Shown piece after piece: positions 62,094 through 64,000 of a DNA stretch of 64,000 bases (position 1 is the first letter of the stretch; the number at the start of each line of letters is the position of its first letter). Below the pieces are notes generated by a model, which saw only the letters and a list, made by a program, of their open reading frames with translations, searched no databases and was not told the DNA's origin. Origin of the DNA: Octopus sinensis (lineage: Eukaryota); assembly GCF_006345805.1 (NCBI RefSeq), contig NC_043021.1, positions 15,996,001 through 16,060,000 of the forward strand, in the 5' to 3' direction. The translations under genes were made by a program, and so were the position numbers.

Positions 62094-63275
62094 CATGGTG
62101 TTTAAAATATTTGAGAACAGATTTATGTTAAAAAAACCCACATAATAACAGATAATAACTTTACCAAAAAATGCTATGAGGATAGAAATAAACCTTTTAA
62201 AAAATATTATTGAATTAAGCCACCTTCAGCTTCAACAATTGCTTCTATATGAGATCTAAATCATGTACATGCTCGAATCAAGTGGTCCTGATTCATTTTG
62301 GACATTACTCTAATTATGGCAGCTTTCAAAGATTCTTTGGTGTTATGGGCATGTTCATTGATCTCTCTCTCAACAATGCTCCACATGTAATAGTCCAATG
62401 AATTGAGATCTGGGGAATTAGGAAGCCAAATGTTAGATGTTATGTGATCATGAAAATTCTCAGCCATCCATTCCTGTGTTACTAGAGCCATGTGTGATAG
62501 CGCAGAGTCTTACTGAAACACATATGGCCTTCCATTGCATACACTGCCTATCCAGGGCTTAACAATTGTTTCCAGGTCCTTAATGTAGGTGGCAGAGTTA
62601 ACTCAAAGGCGTTGTGGAAAGAAGTAAGGAGGCATCACATGTCCTTCATTGCTGACAACCCCTAAAACCATGACAGTTGCAAGAAATTTTGTGTGCATAA
62701 CACTTGGAACTTCAAAAGGGTCTGCACATCAAATCTTCTTCTGGATTTGTCAGTTTGTTTAAGAGCTTTTTAGATCTGCCGTAGTGATTTTTCTTTTGTT
62801 TTTCTGACAAATTGACCTTTCCTCATCAGATAAGACTTATATCTGAGGTCTTGGTGGATAACATTTCTGACTGTTCCTTCTGTCACATGGTGATCTTTTG
62901 CAATTAACCTCATGGACTTTCTGGGATTGTAATCAATGGTCTCTTGAACTTGCTAGATAAATCCAGGTATTCTGATGATTTCAGAGCATTTAGAATGCTT
63001 TTTATGCTTTGATACTGGTGATATGTTTCCATCTTCAGTCTCTAACTCCTTACAAACTTTGCAGGTGAAAGATCTAGCAACTTTTAAAAATCGAGATATT
63101 TCTAAATTGCTATGCTCAGCCTTTATAACCACAGTAACAGCATGCCTCTCCATTTCTTGAGTAAGCTGAGGGTCTGCCATTATTATTTTCTGAAACAAAG
63201 ATTATACAAAGTTAGCAAAAAATGCAGCAATGACCCAAAAAATGTATGTCCTCAAATACCTTATGCATATAAATG
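62094..63275 (-). mobile_element. Decayed DD37D (maT-type) Tc1/mariner transposon
   Basis: The minus strand gives an N-terminal HTH-like region (62953-63198), an LSDE motif, then FQ*DSALSH...WLPNSPDLNSLDY with 37 residues between the 2nd and 3rd Asp. It has stops and frameshifts, and the right TIR is eroded. Confidence 0.8.
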
Positions 63276-63789
63276 TGTGTATTTATATGCATGTATACGT
63301 GCATTATACAATGTACTTTTAAAATGAACTATTTATTTATTTGTCTTTTTAAAGATATTAACTCTGTCTCCTCTTCTCTGTATCTCCTACCTTCTCCTAC
63401 TTCCAATATTCCAGCTATGAAATTTAGGTGGCTTTGTCTTTGTGGACACAGTTCAGTGGTATACAGAACATTGATCCATTCATTGATGAACCAGCTGTGA
63501 ATATCTTTGTTAAAAAAAATTCTCCCAGGGTGTCTGAACAAAATCAATAATGATCAGGAGCAGCTGTGGAGAGAATTGTTGCTAATCTGCTGTGTGGTGG
63601 CATAGATCTCACCTGAAGCCTTTTCTTTTACTGTCCTAATACTCTGAGTGAGAGTGGAGGATTTGTATGTGCCAAACGAACTTGAGTGTTGTTGATCAAA
63701 GCTGTTTGCACAGGGAAAGAGCTTGAGGGAATGTTGCTTTTGTGGAGAAGCATTGTGTCCAAATTTGAAAACCTTTATTTTCATTATTA

Positions 63790-63955
63790 TTTTGCCTTAG
63801 CGAAGGCGGAGGTGTTGTTTTCAGTCATGTTTGTTTGTCTGTGGATAAGATATCTCAAAAACCGCTGGTTGGATTTGGATGAAACCTTGTGACTGACATG
63901 AACTAATTAGATTTTGGAATTGATCTGATACCAGCCAAGGATTCTGGATTTATTT
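63790..63955 (+). mobile_element. Non-autonomous DNA element end (CryptonV/Helentron-associated type)
   Basis: gccttagcgaaggcggaggtgttgttttc...gtttgtttgtctgtg...atatctcaaaaacc..tgg..ggattt..atgaaac resembles a widespread metazoan repeat end. The family assignment is from memory. Confidence 0.4.
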
Positions 63956-64000
63956 TCTTTTTTTTTTTTTTTTTTACTTAATTTTTGAGAGCAGTTGGGT

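Noticed and set aside
62790-62830. CTGATGA...GAAA on the minus strand
   Set aside because: It lies in the transposase coding frame (LSDEERS, first catalytic Asp) and has no helices.

Overview
This is AT-rich, repeat-saturated animal genomic DNA, intronic or intergenic in character. The repeat families look like those of Octopus, but that is recognition from memory and was not database-checked. I can support no host protein-coding gene, tRNA, rRNA or CRISPR array, and nearly all ORF-track entries come from microsatellites or tandem repeats. The window contains several tRNA-derived SINE families, many 5'-truncated RTE-clade LINE 3' ends, decayed CR1-group and RTE reverse-transcriptase fragments, and three non-autonomous Helitrons. 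It also contains piggyBac-, hAT- and mariner-type MITEs, a decayed DD37D (maT) transposon, a 51-bp satellite, a ~22-bp minisatellite and many microsatellites. Three observations stand out. (1) Short, mostly (TA)n-flanked or fold-back, Penelope-like terminal fragments carry minimal type I hammerhead ribozyme motifs: one has a fully canonical core (57705-57782), and two share the same non-canonical CUGUGGA core. (2) An RTE 3'UTR contains a strictly alternating A/B ~61-bp repeat array in which perfect pairing occurs between neighbouring units rather than within a unit. (3) Long hairpins and closely spaced inverted SINE pairs are frequent and would be dsRNA substrates if transcribed.
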